Assembly (NCBI RefSeq): GCF_009914755.1
Contig: NC_060937.1
DNA: 64,000 nt
Direction: 5' to 3' (one strand)
DNA from: the human T2T-CHM13v2.0 reference genome, Homo sapiens
The number at the start of each line of letters is the position of its first letter. The stretch's first letter is position 1. Shown in pieces: positions 13,320-30,800 of the stretch. The notes below the pieces were generated by a model, which made no database searches, was not told the DNA's origin, and saw only the letters and a program-made list of their open reading frames with translations. Both the position numbers and the translations under genes were made by a program.

Positions 13320-15810
13320 AAAATATCAAAGTACACCAAATATATATTCTATAGTGTACATAAAATATCAAAGTACCCAAACTATACATTATATACTGTA
13401 CAAAAAATATGAAATTACATCAAATATATATTATATTAGGTACATAAAATATGAAAGTACATCAAATATAGATTATATACTGTACATAAAATACCAAAGA
13501 ACCCCAAATATATATTATATACTGTACATGAAATATCAAAGTTCACAAACTATATATTATATACTGTACATAAAATATCAAAGTACCCAAGGTATATATT
13601 CTATACTGTACAAAAAATATCAAAGTACCCAAAGCATGTATTATATACTGTTAATAAAATATGAAAATACATCAAATATATATTTTATTCTGTACATAAA
13701 ATATCAAAGTACAACAAATATATATTCTATAGTGTACATAAAATATCAAATTACCCAAACTATACATTATCTACTGTACATAAAATACGAAATTACATCA
13801 AATATATATTATATTAGGTACATAAAATATGAAAGTACATCAAATATAAATTATATACTGTACATAACATATCAAAGTACCCCGAATATATATTATATAC
13901 TGTACATGAAATATCAAAGTTCACAAACTATATATTATATACTGTACATGAAATATCAAAGAACCCAAGGTATATATTCTATACTGTACAAAAAATATCA
14001 AAGTACCCAAAACATGTATTATATAGTGTTCATAAAATATGAAAGTACATCAAATATATATTTTATACTCTACATAAAATATCAAACTACACCAAATATA
14101 TATTCTATAGTGTACATAAAATATCAAAGTACCCAAACTATACATTATATACTGTACATAAAATATGAAATTACATCAAATATATATTACATTAGGTACA
14201 TAAAATATGAAAGTACATCAAATATAGATTATATACTCTACATAAAATATCAAAGTACCACAAATATACATTATATAGTGTACATGAAATATCAAAGCTC
14301 ACAAACTATATATTATATACTGTACATAAAATATGAAATTACCCAATGTATATATTCTATATTGTACAAAAAATATCAAAGTACCCAAAGCATGTATTAT
14401 ATACTGTACATAAAATATGAAAGTACATCAAATATATATTTTATTCTGTACATAAAATATCAAAGTACACCAAATATATATTCTATAGTGTACATAAAAT
14501 ATCAAAGTACCCAAACTATACATTATATACTGTACATAAAATATGAAATTACATCAAATATATATTATATTAGGTACATAAAATATGAAAGTAAATCAAA
14601 TATAAATTATATACTGTACATAAAATACCAAAGTACCCCAAATATATATTATATACTGTACATGCAATATCAAAGTTCACAAACTATATATTATATACTC
14701 TACATAAAATATCAAAGTACCGAAGGTATATATTCTATACTCTACAAAAAATATCAAAGTACGCAAAGCATGTATTATATACTGTACATAAAATATGAAT
14801 GTACATCAAATATATATTTTATTCTGTACATAAAATATCAAAGTACACCAAATATATATTCTATAGTGTACATAAAATATCAAAGTACCCAAACTATACA
14901 TTATATACTGTACAAAAAATATGAAATTACATCAAATATATATTATATTAGGTACATAAAATATGAAAGTACATCAAATATAGATTATATACTGTACATA
15001 AAATACCAAAGAACCCCAAATATATATTATATACTGTACATGAAATATCAAAGTTCACAAACTATATATTATATACTGTACATAAAATATCAAAGTACCC
15101 AAGGTATATATTCTATACTGTACAATAAATATCAAAGTACCCAAAGCATGTATTATATACTGTTAATAAAATATGAAAATACATCAAATATCTATTTTAT
15201 TCTGTACATAAAATATCAAAGTACAACAAATATATATTCTATAGTGTACATAAAATATCAAATTACCCAAACTATACATTATCTACTGTACATAAAATAC
15301 GAAATTACATCAAATATATATTATATTAGGTACATAAAATATGAAAGTACATCAAATATAAATTATATACTGTACATAACATATCAAAGTACCCCGAATA
15401 TATATTATATACTGTACATGAAATATCAAAGTTCACAAACTATATATTATATACTGTACATGAAATATCAAAGAACCCAAGGTATATATTCTATACTGTA
15501 CAAAAAATATCAAAGTACCCAAAACATGTATTATATAGTGTTCATAAAATATGAAAGTACATCAAATATATATTTTATACTCTACATAAAATATCAAACT
15601 ACACCAAATATATATTCTATAGTGTACATAAAATATCAAAGTACCCAAACTATACATTATATACTGTACATAAAATATGAAATTACATCAAATATATATT
15701 ACATTAGGTACATAAAATATGAAAGTACATCAAATATAGATTATATACTCTACATAAAATATCAAAGTACCACAAATATACATTATATAGTGTACATGAA
15801 ATATCAAAGT
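13320..15810 (+). repeat. About 1-kb block duplicated at 1512-bp (4x378) offset
   Basis: TTAATAAAATATGAAAATAC at 13651/15163 and the G of CCCCGAAT at 13884/15396. ACAACAAAT, ATACGAAAT, ATAACATATC and TACCACAAAT are also shared at the same offset. Confidence 0.85.
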
Positions 15811-18800
15811 TCACAAACTATATATTGTATACTGTACATAAAATATCAAAGTACCGAAGGGATATGTTCTATAGTGTACAAAAAATATCAAAGTACCCAA
15901 AGCATGTATTATATACTGTACATAAAATATGAAAGTACATGAAATATATATTTTATTCTGTACATAAAATATCAAAGTACACCAAATATATATTCTATAG
16001 TGTACATAAAATATCAAAGTACCCAGACTATACATTATATACTGTACATAAAACATGAAATTACATCCAATATATATTATATTAGGTACATAAAATATGA
16101 AAGTACATCAAATATAAATTATATACTGTACATAAAATACCAAAGTACCCCAAATATATATTATATACTGTACATGAAATATCAAAGTTCACAAACTATA
16201 TATTATATACTGTACATAAAATATCAAAGTACCCAAGGTATATATTCTATACTGTACAAAAAATATCAAAGTACCCAAAGCATGTATTATATAGTGTATA
16301 TAAAATATGAAAGTACATCAAATATATATTTAATTCTGTACATAAAATATCAAAGTACACCAAATATATATTCTATAGTGTACATTAAATACCAAACTAC
16401 CCAAACTATACATTATATACTGTACATAAAATATGAAATTACATCAAATATATATTATATTAGGTACATAAAATATGAAAGTACATCAAATATAGATTAT
16501 ACACTGTACATAAAATACCAAAGAACCCCAAATATATATTATATACTGTACATGAAATATCAAAGTTCACAAACTATATATTATATACTGTATATAAAAT
16601 ATCAAAGTACCCAAGGTATATATTCTATACTGTACAAAAAATATCAAAGTACCCAAAGCATGTATTATATAGTGTATATAAAATATGAAAGTACATCAAA
16701 TATATATTTAATTCTGTACATAAAATATCAAAGTACACCAAATATATATTCTATACTGTACATAAAATATCAAAGTACCCAAACTATACATTATATACTG
16801 TACATAAAATATGAAATTACATCAAATATATATTATATTAGGTACATAAAATATGAAAGTACATCAAATATAGATTATACACTGTACATAAAATACCAAA
16901 GAACCCCAAATATATATTATATACTGTACATGAAATATCAAAGTTCACAAACTATATATTATATAATGTACATAAAATATCAAAGTACCCAAGGTATATA
17001 TTCTATACTGTACAAAAAATATCAAAGTACGCAAACATGTATTATATACTGTACATAAAATATGAAATTACATCAAATATATATTATATTAGGTACATAA
17101 AATATGAAAGTACATCAAATATACATTATATAATGTACATAAAATACCAAAGTACCCCAAATATATATTATATACTGTACATGAAATATCAAAGTTCACA
17201 AACTATATATTATATACTGTACATAAAATATCAAAGTACCGAAGGGATATATTCTATAATGTACAAAAAATATCAAAGTACCCAAAGCATGTATTATATA
17301 CTGTACATAAAATATGAAAGTACATGAAATATATATTTTATTCTGTACATAAAATATCAAAGTACACCAAATATATATTCTATAGTGTACATAAAATATC
17401 AAAGTACCCAGACTATACATTATATACTGTACATAAAACATGAAATTACATCCAATATATATTATATTTGGTACATAAAATATCAAAGTACATCAAATAT
17501 AAATTATATACTGTACATAAAATACCAAAGTACCCCAAATATATATTATATACTGTACATGAAATATCAAAGTTCACAAACTATATATTATATACTGTAC
17601 ATAAAATATCAAAGTACCCAAGGTATATATTCTATACTGTACAAAAAATATCAAAGTTCCCAAAGCATGTATTATATACTGTTAATAAAATATGAAAGTA
17701 CATCAAATATATATTTAATTCTGTACATAAAATATCAAAGTACACCAAATATATATTCTATAGTGTACATAAAATATCAAAGTACCCAAACTATACATTA
17801 TATACTGTACATAAAATATGAAATTACATCAAATATATATTATATTAGGTACATAAAATATGAAAGTACATCAAATATAGATTATATACTGTACATAAAA
17901 TACCAAAGTACCCCAAATACATATTATATACTGTACATGAAATATCAAAGTTCACAAACTATATATTGTATACTGTACATAAAATATCAAAGTACCAAAG
18001 GGATATATTCTATACTGTAAAAAAATATCAAAGTACCCAAAGCATGCATTATATACTGTACATAAAATATGAAAGTACATGAAATATATATTTTATTCTG
18101 TACATAAAATATCAAAGTACACCAAATATATATTCTATAGTGTACATAAAATATCAAAGTACCCAGACTATACATTATATACTGTACATAAAACATGAAA
18201 TTACATCCAATATATATTATATTAGGTACATAAAATATGAAAGTACATCAAATATAAATTATATACTGTACATAAAATACCAAAGTACCCCAAATATATA
18301 TTATATACTGTACATGAAATATCAAAGTTCACAAACTATATATTATATACTGTACATAAAATATCAAAGTACCCAAGGTATATATTCTATACTGTACAAA
18401 AAATATCAAAGTACCCAAAGCATGTATTATATAGTGTATATAAAATATGAAAGTACATCAAATATATATTTAATTCTGTACATAAAATATCAAAGTACAC
18501 CAAATATATATTCTATAGTGTACATTAAATATCAAACTACCCAAACTATACATTATATACTGTACATAAAATATGAAATTACATCAAATATATATTATAT
18601 TAGGTACATAAAATATGAAAGTACATCAAATATAGATTATACACTGTACATAAAATACCAAAGAACCCCAAATATATATTATATACTGTACATGAAATAT
18701 CAAAGTTCACAAACTATATATTATATACTGTACATAAAATATCAAAGTACCCAAGGTATATATTCTATACTGTACAAAAAATATCAAAGTACCCAAAGCA

Positions 18801-21800
18801 TGTATTATATAGTGTATATAAAATATGAAAGTACATCAAATATATATTTAATTCTGTACATAAAATATCAAAGTACACCAAATATATATTCTATACTGTA
18901 CATAAAATATCAAAGTACCCAAACTATACATTATATACTGTACATAAAATATGAAATTACATCAAATATATATTATATTAGGTACATAAAATATGAAAGT
19001 ACATCAAATATAGATTATACACTGTACATAAAATACCAAAGAACCCCAAATATATATTATATACTGTACATGAAATATCAAAGTTCACAAACTATATATT
19101 ATATAATGTACATAAAATATCAAAGTACCCAAGGTATATATTCTATACTGTACAAAAAATATCAAAGTACGCAAACATGTATTATATACTGTACATTAAA
19201 TATGAAATTACATCAAATATATATTATCTTAGGTACATAAAATATGAAAGTACATCAAATATACATTATATAATGTACATAAAATACCAAAGTACCCCAA
19301 ATATATATTATATACTGTACATGAAATATCAAAGTTCACAAACTATATATTATATACTGTACATAAAATATCAAAGTACCGAAGGGATATATTCTATAAT
19401 GTACAAAAAATATCAAAGTACCCAAAGCATGTATTATATACTGTACATAAAATATGAAAGTACATCAAATATATATTTTATTCTGTACATAAAATATCAA
19501 AGTACACCAAATATATATTCTATAGTGTACATAAAATATCAAAGTACCCAGACTATACATTATATACTGTACATAAAACATGAAATTACATCCAATATAT
19601 ATTATATTTGGTACATAAAATATGAAAGTACATCAAATATAAATTATATACTGTACATAAAATACCAAAGTACCCCAAATATATATTATATACTGTACAT
19701 GAAATATCAAAGTTCACAAACTATATATTATATACTGTACATAAAATATCAAAGTACCCAAGGTATATATTCTATACTGTACAAAAAATATCAAAGTTCC
19801 CAAAGCATGTATTATATACTGTTAATAAAATATGAAAGTACATCAAATATATATTTAATTCTGTACATAAAATATCAAAGTACACCAAATATATATTCTA
19901 TAGTGTACATAAAATATCAAAGTACCCAAACTATACATTATATACTGTACATAAAATATGAAATTACATCAAATATATATTATATTAGGTACATAAAATA
20001 TGAAAGTACATCAAATATATATTATATACTGTACATAAAATACCAAAGTACCCCAAATACATATTATATACTGTACATGAAATATCAAAGTTCACAAACT
20101 ATATATTGTATACTGTACATAAAATATCAAAGTACCGAAGGGATATATTCTATACTGTACAAAAAATATCAAAGTACCCAAAGCATGTATTATATACTGT
20201 ACATAAAATATGAAAGTACATGAAATATATATTTTATTCTGTACATAAAATATCAAAGTACACCAAATATATATTCTATAGTGTACATAAAATATCAAAG
20301 TACCCAGACTATACATTATATACTGTACATAAAACATGAAATTACATCCAATATATATTATATTAGGTACATAAAATATGAAAGTACATCAAATATAAAT
20401 TATATACTGTACATAAAATACCAAAGTACCCCAAATATATATTATATACTGTACATGAAATATCAAAGTTCACAAACTATATATTATATACTGTACATAA
20501 AATATCAAAGTACCCAAGGTATATATTCTATACTGTACAAAAAATATCAAAGTACCCAAAGCATGTATTATATAGTGTATATAAAATATGAAAGTACATC
20601 AAATATATATTTAATTCTGTACATAAAATATCAAAGTACACCAAATATATATTCTATAGTGTACATTAAATATCAAACTACCCAAACTATACATTATATA
20701 CTGTACATAAAATATGAAATTACATCAAATATATATTATATTAGGTACATAAAATATGAAAGTACATCAAATACAGATTATACACTGTACATAAAATACC
20801 AAAGAACCCCAAATATATATTATATACTGTACATGAAATATCAAAGTTCACAAACTATATATTATATACTGTACATAAAATATCAAAGTACCCAAGGTAT
20901 ATATTCTATACTGTACAAAAAATATCAAAGTACCCAAAGCATGTATTATATAGTGTATATAAAATATGAAAGTACATCAAATATATATTTAATTCTGTAC
21001 ATAAAATATCAAAGTACACCAAATATATATTCTATACTGTACATAAAATATCAAAGTACCCAAACTATACATTATATACTGTACATAAAATATGAAATTA
21101 CATCAAATATATATTATATTAGGTACATAAAATATGAAAGTACATCAAATATAGATTATACACTGTACATAAAATACCAAAGAACCCCAAATATATATTA
21201 TATACTGTACATGAAATATCAAAGTTCACAAACTATATATTATATACTGTACATAAAATATCAAAGTACCCAAGGTATATATTCTATACTGTACAAAAAA
21301 TATCAAAGTTCCCAAAGCATGTATTATATACTGTTAATAAAATATGAAAGTACATCAAATATATATTTAATTCTGTACATAAAATATCAAAGTACACCAA
21401 ATATATATTCTATAGTGTACATAAAATATCAAAGTACCCAAACTATACATTATATACTGTACATAAAATATGAAATTACATCAAATATATATTATATTAG
21501 GTACATAAAATATGAAAGTACATCAAATATAGATTATATACTGTACATAAAATACCAAAGTACCCCAAATACATATTATATACTGTACATGAAATATCAA
21601 AGTTCACAAACTATATATTGTATACTGTACATAAAATATCAAAGTACCGAAGGGATATATTCTATACTGTACAAAAAATATCAAAGTACCCAAAGCATGT
21701 ATTATATACTGTACATAAAATATGAAAGTACATGAAATATATATTTTATTCTGTACATAAAATATCAAAGTACACCAAATATATATTCTATAGTGTACAT

Positions 21801-24800
21801 AAAATATCAAAGTACCCAGACTATACATTATATACTGTACATAAAACATGAAATTACATCCAATATATATTATATTAGGTACATAAAATATGAAAGTACA
21901 TCAAATATAAATTATATACTGTACATAAAATACCAAAGAACCCCAAATATATATTATATACTGTACATGAAATATCAAAGTTCACAAACTATATATTATA
22001 TACTGTACATAAAATATCAAAGTACCCAAGGTATATATTCTATACTGTACAAAAAATATCAAAGTACCCAAAGCATGTATTATATAGTGTATATAAAATA
22101 TGAAAGTACATCAAATATATATTTAATTCTGTACATAAAATATCAAAGTACACCAAATATATATTCTATACTGTACATAAAATATCAAAGTACCCAAACT
22201 ATACATTATATACTGTACATAAAATATGAAATTACATCAAATATATATTATATTAGGTACATAAAATATGAAAGTACATCAAATATAGATTATACACTCT
22301 ACATAAAATACCAAAGAACCCCAAATATATATTATATACTGTACATGAAATATCAAAGTTCACAAACTATATATTATATACTGTACATAAAATATCAAAG
22401 TACCCAAGGTATATATTCTATACTGTACAAAAAATATCAAAGTTCCCAAAGCATGTATTATATACTGTTAATAAAATATGAAAGTACATCAAATATATAT
22501 TTAATTCTGTACATAAAATATCAAAGTACACCAAATATATATTCTATAGTGTACATAAAATATCAAAGTACCCAAACTATACATTATATACTGTACATAA
22601 AATATGAAATTACATCAAATATATATTTTATTAGGTACATAAAATATGAAAGTACATCAAATATAGATTATATACTGTACATAAAATACCAAAGTACCCC
22701 AAATACATATTATATACTGTACATGAAATATCAAAGTTCACAAACTATATATTGTATACTGTACATAAAATATCAAAGTACCGAAGGGATATATTCTATA
22801 CTGTACAAAAAATATCAAAGTACCCAAAGCATGTATTATATACTGTACATAAAATATGAAAGTACATGAAATATATATTTTATTCTGTACATAAAATATC
22901 AAAGTACACCAAATATATATTCTATAGTGTACATAAAATATCAAAGTACCCAGACTATACATTATATACTGTACATAAAACATGAAATTACATCCAATAT
23001 ATATTATATTAGGTACATAAAATATGAAAGTACATCAAATATAAATTATATACTGTACATAAAATACCAAAGAACCCCAAATATATATTATATACTGTAC
23101 ATGAAATATCAAAGTTCACAAACTATATATTATATACTGTACATAAAATATCAAAGTACCCAAGGTATATATTCTATACTGTACAAAAAATATCAAAGTA
23201 CCCAAAGCATGTATTATATAGTGTATATAAAATATGAAAGTACATCAAATATATATTTAATTCTGTACATAAAATATCAAAGTACACCAAATATATATTC
23301 TATACTGTACATAAAATATCAAAGTACCCAAACTATACATTATATACTGTACATAAAATATGAAATTACATCAAATATATATTATATTAGGTACATAAAA
23401 TATGAAAGTACATCAAATATAGATTATACACTGTACATAAAATACCAAAGAACCCCAAATATATATTATATACTGTACATGAAATATCAAAGTTCACAAA
23501 CTATATATTATATAATGTACATAAAATATCAAAGTACCCAAGGTATATATTCTATACTGTACAAAAAATATCAAAGTACGCAAACATGTATTATATACTG
23601 TACATAAAATATGAAATTACATCAAATATATATTATATTAGGTACATAAAATATGAAAGTACATCAAATATACATTATATAATGTACATAAAATACCAAA
23701 GTACCCCAAATATATATTATATACTGTACATGAAATATCAAAGTTCACAAACTATATATTATATACTGTACATAAAATATCAAAGTACCGAAGGGATATA
23801 TTCTATAATGTACAAAAAATATCAAAGTACCCAAAGCATGTATTATATACTGTACATAAAATATGAAAGTACATGAAATATATATTTTATTCTGTACATA
23901 AAATATCAAAGTACACCAAATATATATTCTATAGTGTACATAAAATATCAAAGTACCCAGACTATACATTATATACTGTACATAAAACATGAAATTACAT
24001 CCAATATATATTATATTTGGTACATAAAATATGAAAGTACATCAAATATAAATTATATACTGTACATAAAATACCAAAGTACCCCAAATATATATTATAT
24101 ACTGTACATGAAATATCAAAGTTCACAAACTATATATTATATACTGTACATAAAATATCAAAGTACCCAAGGTATATATTCTATACTGTACAAAAAATAT
24201 CAAAGTTCCCAAAGCATGTATTATATACTGTTAATAAAATATGAAAGTACATCAAATATATATTTAATTCTGTACATATAATATCAAAGTACACCAAATA
24301 TATATTCTATAGTGTACATAAAATATCAAAGTACCCAAACTATACATTATATACTGTACATAAAATATGAAATTACATCAAATATATATTATATTAGGTA
24401 CATAAAATATGAAAGTACATCAAATATATATTATATACTGTACATAAAATACCAAAGTACCCCAAATACATATTATATACTGTACATGAAATATCAAAGT
24501 TCACAAACTATATATTGTATACTGTACATAAAATATCAAAGTACCGAAGGGATATATTCTATACTGTACAAAAAATATCAAAGTACCCAAAGCATGTATT
24601 ATATACTGTACATAAAATATGAAAGTACATGAAATATATATTTTATTCTGTACATAAAATATCAAAGTACACCAAATATATATTCTATAGTGTACATAAA
24701 ATATCAAAGTCCCAGACTATACATTATATACTCTACATAAAACATGAAATTACATCCAATATATATTATATTAGGTACATAAAATATGAAAGTACATCAA

Positions 24801-24835
24801 ATATAAATTATATACTGTACATAAAATACCAAAGT

Positions 24836-27800
24836 ACCCCAAATATATATTATATACTGTACATGAAATATCAAAGTTCACAAACTATATATTATATACT
24901 GTACATAAAATATCAAAGTACCCAAGGTATATATTCTATACTGTACAAAAAATATCAAAGTACCCAAAGCATGTATTATATAGTGTATATAAAATAGGAA
25001 AGTACAACAAATATATATTTAATTCTGTACATAAAATATCAAAGTACACCAAATATATATTCTATAGTGTACATTAAATATCAAACTACCCAAACTATAC
25101 ATTATATACTGTACATAAAATATGAAATTACATCAAATATATATTATATTAGGTACATAAAATATGAAAGTACATCAAATATAGATTATACACTGTACAT
25201 AAAATACCAAAGAACCCCAAATATATATTATATACTGTACATGAAATATCAAAGTTCACAAACTATATATTATATAATGTACATAAAATATCAAAGTACC
25301 CAAGGTATATATTCTATACTGTACAAAAAATATCAAAGTACGCAAACATGTATTATATACTGTACATAAAATATGAAATTACATCAAATATATATTATAT
25401 TAGGTACATAAAATATGAAAGTACATCAAATATACATTATATAATGTACATAAAATACCAAAGTACCCCAAATATATATTATATACTGTACATGAAATAT
25501 CAAAGTTCACAAACTATATATTATATACTGTACATAAAATATCAAAGTACCGAAGGGATATATTCTATAATGTACAAAAAATATCAAAGTACCCAAAGCA
25601 TGTATTATATACTGTACATAAAATATGAAAGTACATGAAATATATATTTTATTCTGTACATAAAATATCAAAGTACACCAAATATATATTCTATAGTGTA
25701 CATAAAATATCAAAGTATCCAGACTATACATTATATACTGTACATAAAACATGAAATTACATCCAATATATATTATATTTGGTACATAAAATATGAAAGT
25801 ACATCAAATATAAATTATATACTGTACATAAAATACCAAAGTACCCCAAATATATATTATATACTGTACATGAAATATCAAAGTTCACAAACTATATATT
25901 ATATACTGTACATAAAATATCAAAGTACCCAAGGTATATATTCTATACTGTACAAAAAATATCAAAGTTCCCAAAGCATGTATTATATACTGTTAATAAA
26001 ATATGAAAGTACATCAAATATATATTTAATTCTGTACATAAAATATCAAAGTACACCAAATATATATTCTATAGTGTACATAAAATATCAAAGTACCCAA
26101 ACTATACATTATATACTGTACATAAAATATGAAATTACATCAAATATATATTATATTAGGTACATAAAATATGAAAGTACATCAAATATATATTATATAC
26201 TGTACATAAAATACCAAAGTACCCCAAATACATATTATATACTGTACATGAAATATCAAAGTTCACAAACTATATATTGTATACTGTACATAAAATATCA
26301 AAGTACCGAAGGGATATATTCTATACTGTACAAAAAATATCAAAGTACCCAAAGCATGTATTATATACTGTACATAAAATATGAAAGTACATGAAATATA
26401 TATTTTATTCTGTACATAAAATATCAAAGTACACCAAATATATATTCTATAGTGTACATAAAATATCAAAGTACCCAGACTATACATTATATACTGTACA
26501 TAAAACATGAAATTACATCCAATATATATTATATTAGGTACATAAAATATGAAAGTACATCAAATATAAATTATATACTGTACATAAAATACCAAAGTAC
26601 CCCAAATATATATTATATACTGTAAATGAAATATCAAAGTTCACAAACTATATATTATATACTGTACATAAAATATCAAAGTACCCAAGGTATATATTCT
26701 ATACTGTACAAAAAATATCAAAGTACCCAAAGCATGTATTATATAGTGTATATAAAATATGAAAGTACATCAAATATATATTTAATTCTGTACATAAAAT
26801 ATCAAAGTACACCAAATATATATTCTATAGTGTACATTAAATATCAAACTACCCAAACTATACATTATATACTGTACATAAAATATGAAATTACATCAAA
26901 TATATATTATATTAGGTACATAAAATATGAAAGTACATCAAATATAGATTATATACTGTACATAAAATACCAAAGAACCCCAAATATATATTATATACTG
27001 TACATGAAATATCAAAGTTCACAAACTATATATTATATACTGTACATAAAATATCAAAGTACCCAAGGTATATATTCTATACTGTACAAAAAATATCAAA
27101 GTACCCAAAGCATGTATTATATAGTGTATATAAAATATGAAAGTACATCAAATATATATTTAATTCTGTACATAAAATATCAAAGTACACCAAATATATA
27201 TTCTATACTGTACATAAAATATCAAAGTACCCAAACTATACATTATATACTGTACATAAAATATGAAATTACATCAAATATATATTATATTATGTACATA
27301 AAATATGAAAGTACATCAAATATAGATTATACACTGTACATAAAATACCAAAGAACCCCAAATCTATATTATATACTGTACATGAAATATCAAAGTTCAC
27401 AAACTATATATTATATACTGTACATAAAATATCAAAGTACGCAAGGTATATATTCTATACTGTACAAAAAATATCAAAGTTCCCAAAGCATGTATTATAT
27501 ACTGTTAATAAAATATGAAAGTACATCAAATATATATTTAATTCTGTACATAAAATATCAAAGTACACCAAATATATATTCTATAGTGTACATAAAATAT
27601 CAAAGTACCCAAACTATACATTATATACTGTACATAAAATATGAAATTACATCAAATATATATTATATTAGGTACATAAAATATGAAAGTACATCAAATA
27701 TATATTATATACTGTACATAAAATACCAAAGTACCCCAAATACATATTATATACTGTACATGAAATATCAAAGTTCACAAACTATATATTGTATACTGTA

Positions 27801-30800
27801 CATAAAATATCAAAGTACCGAAGGGATATATTCTATACTGTACAAAAAATATCAAAGTACCCAAAGCATGTATTATATACTGTACATAAAATATGAAAGT
27901 ACATGAAATATATATTTTATTCTGTACATAAAATATCAAAGTACACCAAATATATATTCTATAGTGTACATAAAATATCAAAGTACCCAGACTATACATT
28001 ATATACTGTACATAAAACATGAAATTACATCCAATATATATTATATTAGGTACATAAAATATGAAAGTACATCAAATATAAATTATATACTGTACATAAA
28101 ATACCAAAGTACCCCAAATATATATTATATACTGTACATGAAATATCAAAGTTCACAAACTATATATTATATACTGTACATAAAATATCAAAGTACCCAA
28201 GGTATATATTCTATACTGTACAAAAAATATCAAAGTACCCAAAGCATGTATTATATAGTGTATATAAAATATGAAAGTACATCAAATATATATTTAATTC
28301 TGTACATAAAATATCAAAGTACACCAAATATATATTCTATAGTGTACATTAAATATCAAACTACCCAAACTATACATTATATACTGTACATAAAATATGA
28401 AATTACATCAAATATATATTATATTAGGTACATAAAATATGAAAGTACATCAAATATAGATTATACACTGTACATAAAATACCAAAGAACCCCAAATATA
28501 TATTATATACTGTACATGAAATATCAAAGTTCACAAACTATATATTATATACTGTACATAAAATATCAAAGTACCCAAGGTATATATTCTATACTGTACA
28601 AAAAATATCAAAGTACCCAAAGCATGTATTATATAGTGTATATAAAATATGAAAGTACATCAAATATATATTTAATTCTGTACATAAAATATCAAAGTAC
28701 ACCAAATATATATTCTATACTGTACATAAAATATCAAAGTACCCAAACTATACATTATATACTGTACATAAAATATGAAATTACATCAAATATATATTAT
28801 ATTAGGTACATAAAATATGAAAGTACATCAAATATAGATTATACACTGTACATAAAATACCAAAGAACCCCAAATATATATTATATACTGTACATGAAAT
28901 ATCAAAGTTCACAAACTATATATTATATAATGTACATAAAATATCAAAGTACCCAAGGTATATATTCTATACTGTACAAAAAATATCAAAGTACGCAAAC
29001 ATGTGTTATATACTGTACATAAAATATGAAATTACATCAAATATATATTATATTAGGTACATAAAATATGAAAGTACATCAAATATACATTATATAATGT
29101 ACATAAAATACCAAAGTACCCCAAATATATATTATATACTGTACATGAAATATCAAAGTTCACAAACTATATATTATATACTGTACATAAAATATCAAAG
29201 TACCGAAGGGATATATTCTATAATGTACAAAAAATATCAAAGTACCCAAAGCATGTATTATATACTGTACATAAAATATGAAAGTACATGAAATATATAT
29301 TTTATTCTGTACATAAAATATCAAAGTACACCAAATATATATTCTATAGTGTACATAAAATATCAAAGTACCCAGACTATACATTATATACTGTACATAA
29401 AACATGAAATTACATCCAATATATATTATATTTGGTACATAAAATATGAAAGTACATCAAATATAAATTATATACTGTACATAAAATACCAAAGTACCCC
29501 AAATATATATTATATACTGTACATGAAATATCAAAGTTCACAAACTATATAATATATACTGTACATAAAATATCAAAGTACCCAAGGTATATATTCTATA
29601 TTGTACAAAAAATATCAAAGTACCCAAAGCATGTATTATATACTGTTAATAAAATATGAAAGTACATCAAATATATATTTAATTCTGTACATAAAATATC
29701 AAAGTACACCAAATATATATTCTATAGTGTACATAAAATATCAAAGTACCCAAACTATACATTATAGACTGTACATAAAATATGAAATTACATCAAATAT
29801 ATATTATATTAGGTACATAAAATATGAAAGTACATCAAATATATATTATATACTGTACATAAAATACCAAAGTACCCCAAATACATATTATATACTGTAC
29901 ATGAAATATCAAAGTTCACAAACTATATATTGTATACTGTACATAAAATATCAAAGTACCGAAGGGATATATTCTATAGTGTACAAAAAATATCAAAGTA
30001 CCCAAAGCATGTATTATATACTGTACATAAAATATGAAAGTACATGAAATATATATTTTATTCTGTACATAAAATATCAAAGTACACCAAATATATATTC
30101 TATAGTGTACATAAAATATCAAAGTACCCAGACTATACATTATATACTGTACATAAAACATGAAATTACATCCAATATATATTATATTAGGTACATAAAA
30201 TATGAAAGTACATCAAATATAAATTATATACTGTACATAAAATACCAAAGTACCCCAAATATATATCATATACTGTACATGAAATATCAAAGTTCACAAA
30301 CTATATATTATATACTGTACATAAAATATCAAAGTACCCAAGGTATATATTCTATACTGTACAAAAAATATCAAAGTACCCAAAACATGTATTATATAGT
30401 GTATATAAAATATGAAAGTACATCAAATATATATTTAATTCTGTACATAAATTATCAAAGTACACCAAATATATATTCTATAGTGTACATTAAATATCAA
30501 ACTACCCAAACTATACATTATATACTGTACATAAAATATGAAATTACATCAAATATATATTATATTAGGTACATAAAATATGAAAGTACATCAAATATAG
30601 ATTATACACTGTACATAAAATACCAAAGAACCCCAAATATATATTATATGCTGTACATGAAATATCAAAGTTCACAAACTATATATTATATACTGTACAT
30701 AAAATATCAAAGTACCCAAGGTATATATTCTATACTGTACAAAAAATATCAAAGTACCCAAAGCATGTATTATATAGTGTATATAAAATATGAAAGTACA

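Larger units (their letters stand above)
1..15810 (+). repeat. Domain A: heterogeneous 378-bp units with local older duplications
   Basis: Many private substitutions per unit. 1-bp deletions near 2530, 8590 and 11470. Shared rare variants at offsets 1512, 1764, 2142 and about 9322. The boundary is approximate. Confidence 0.75.
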
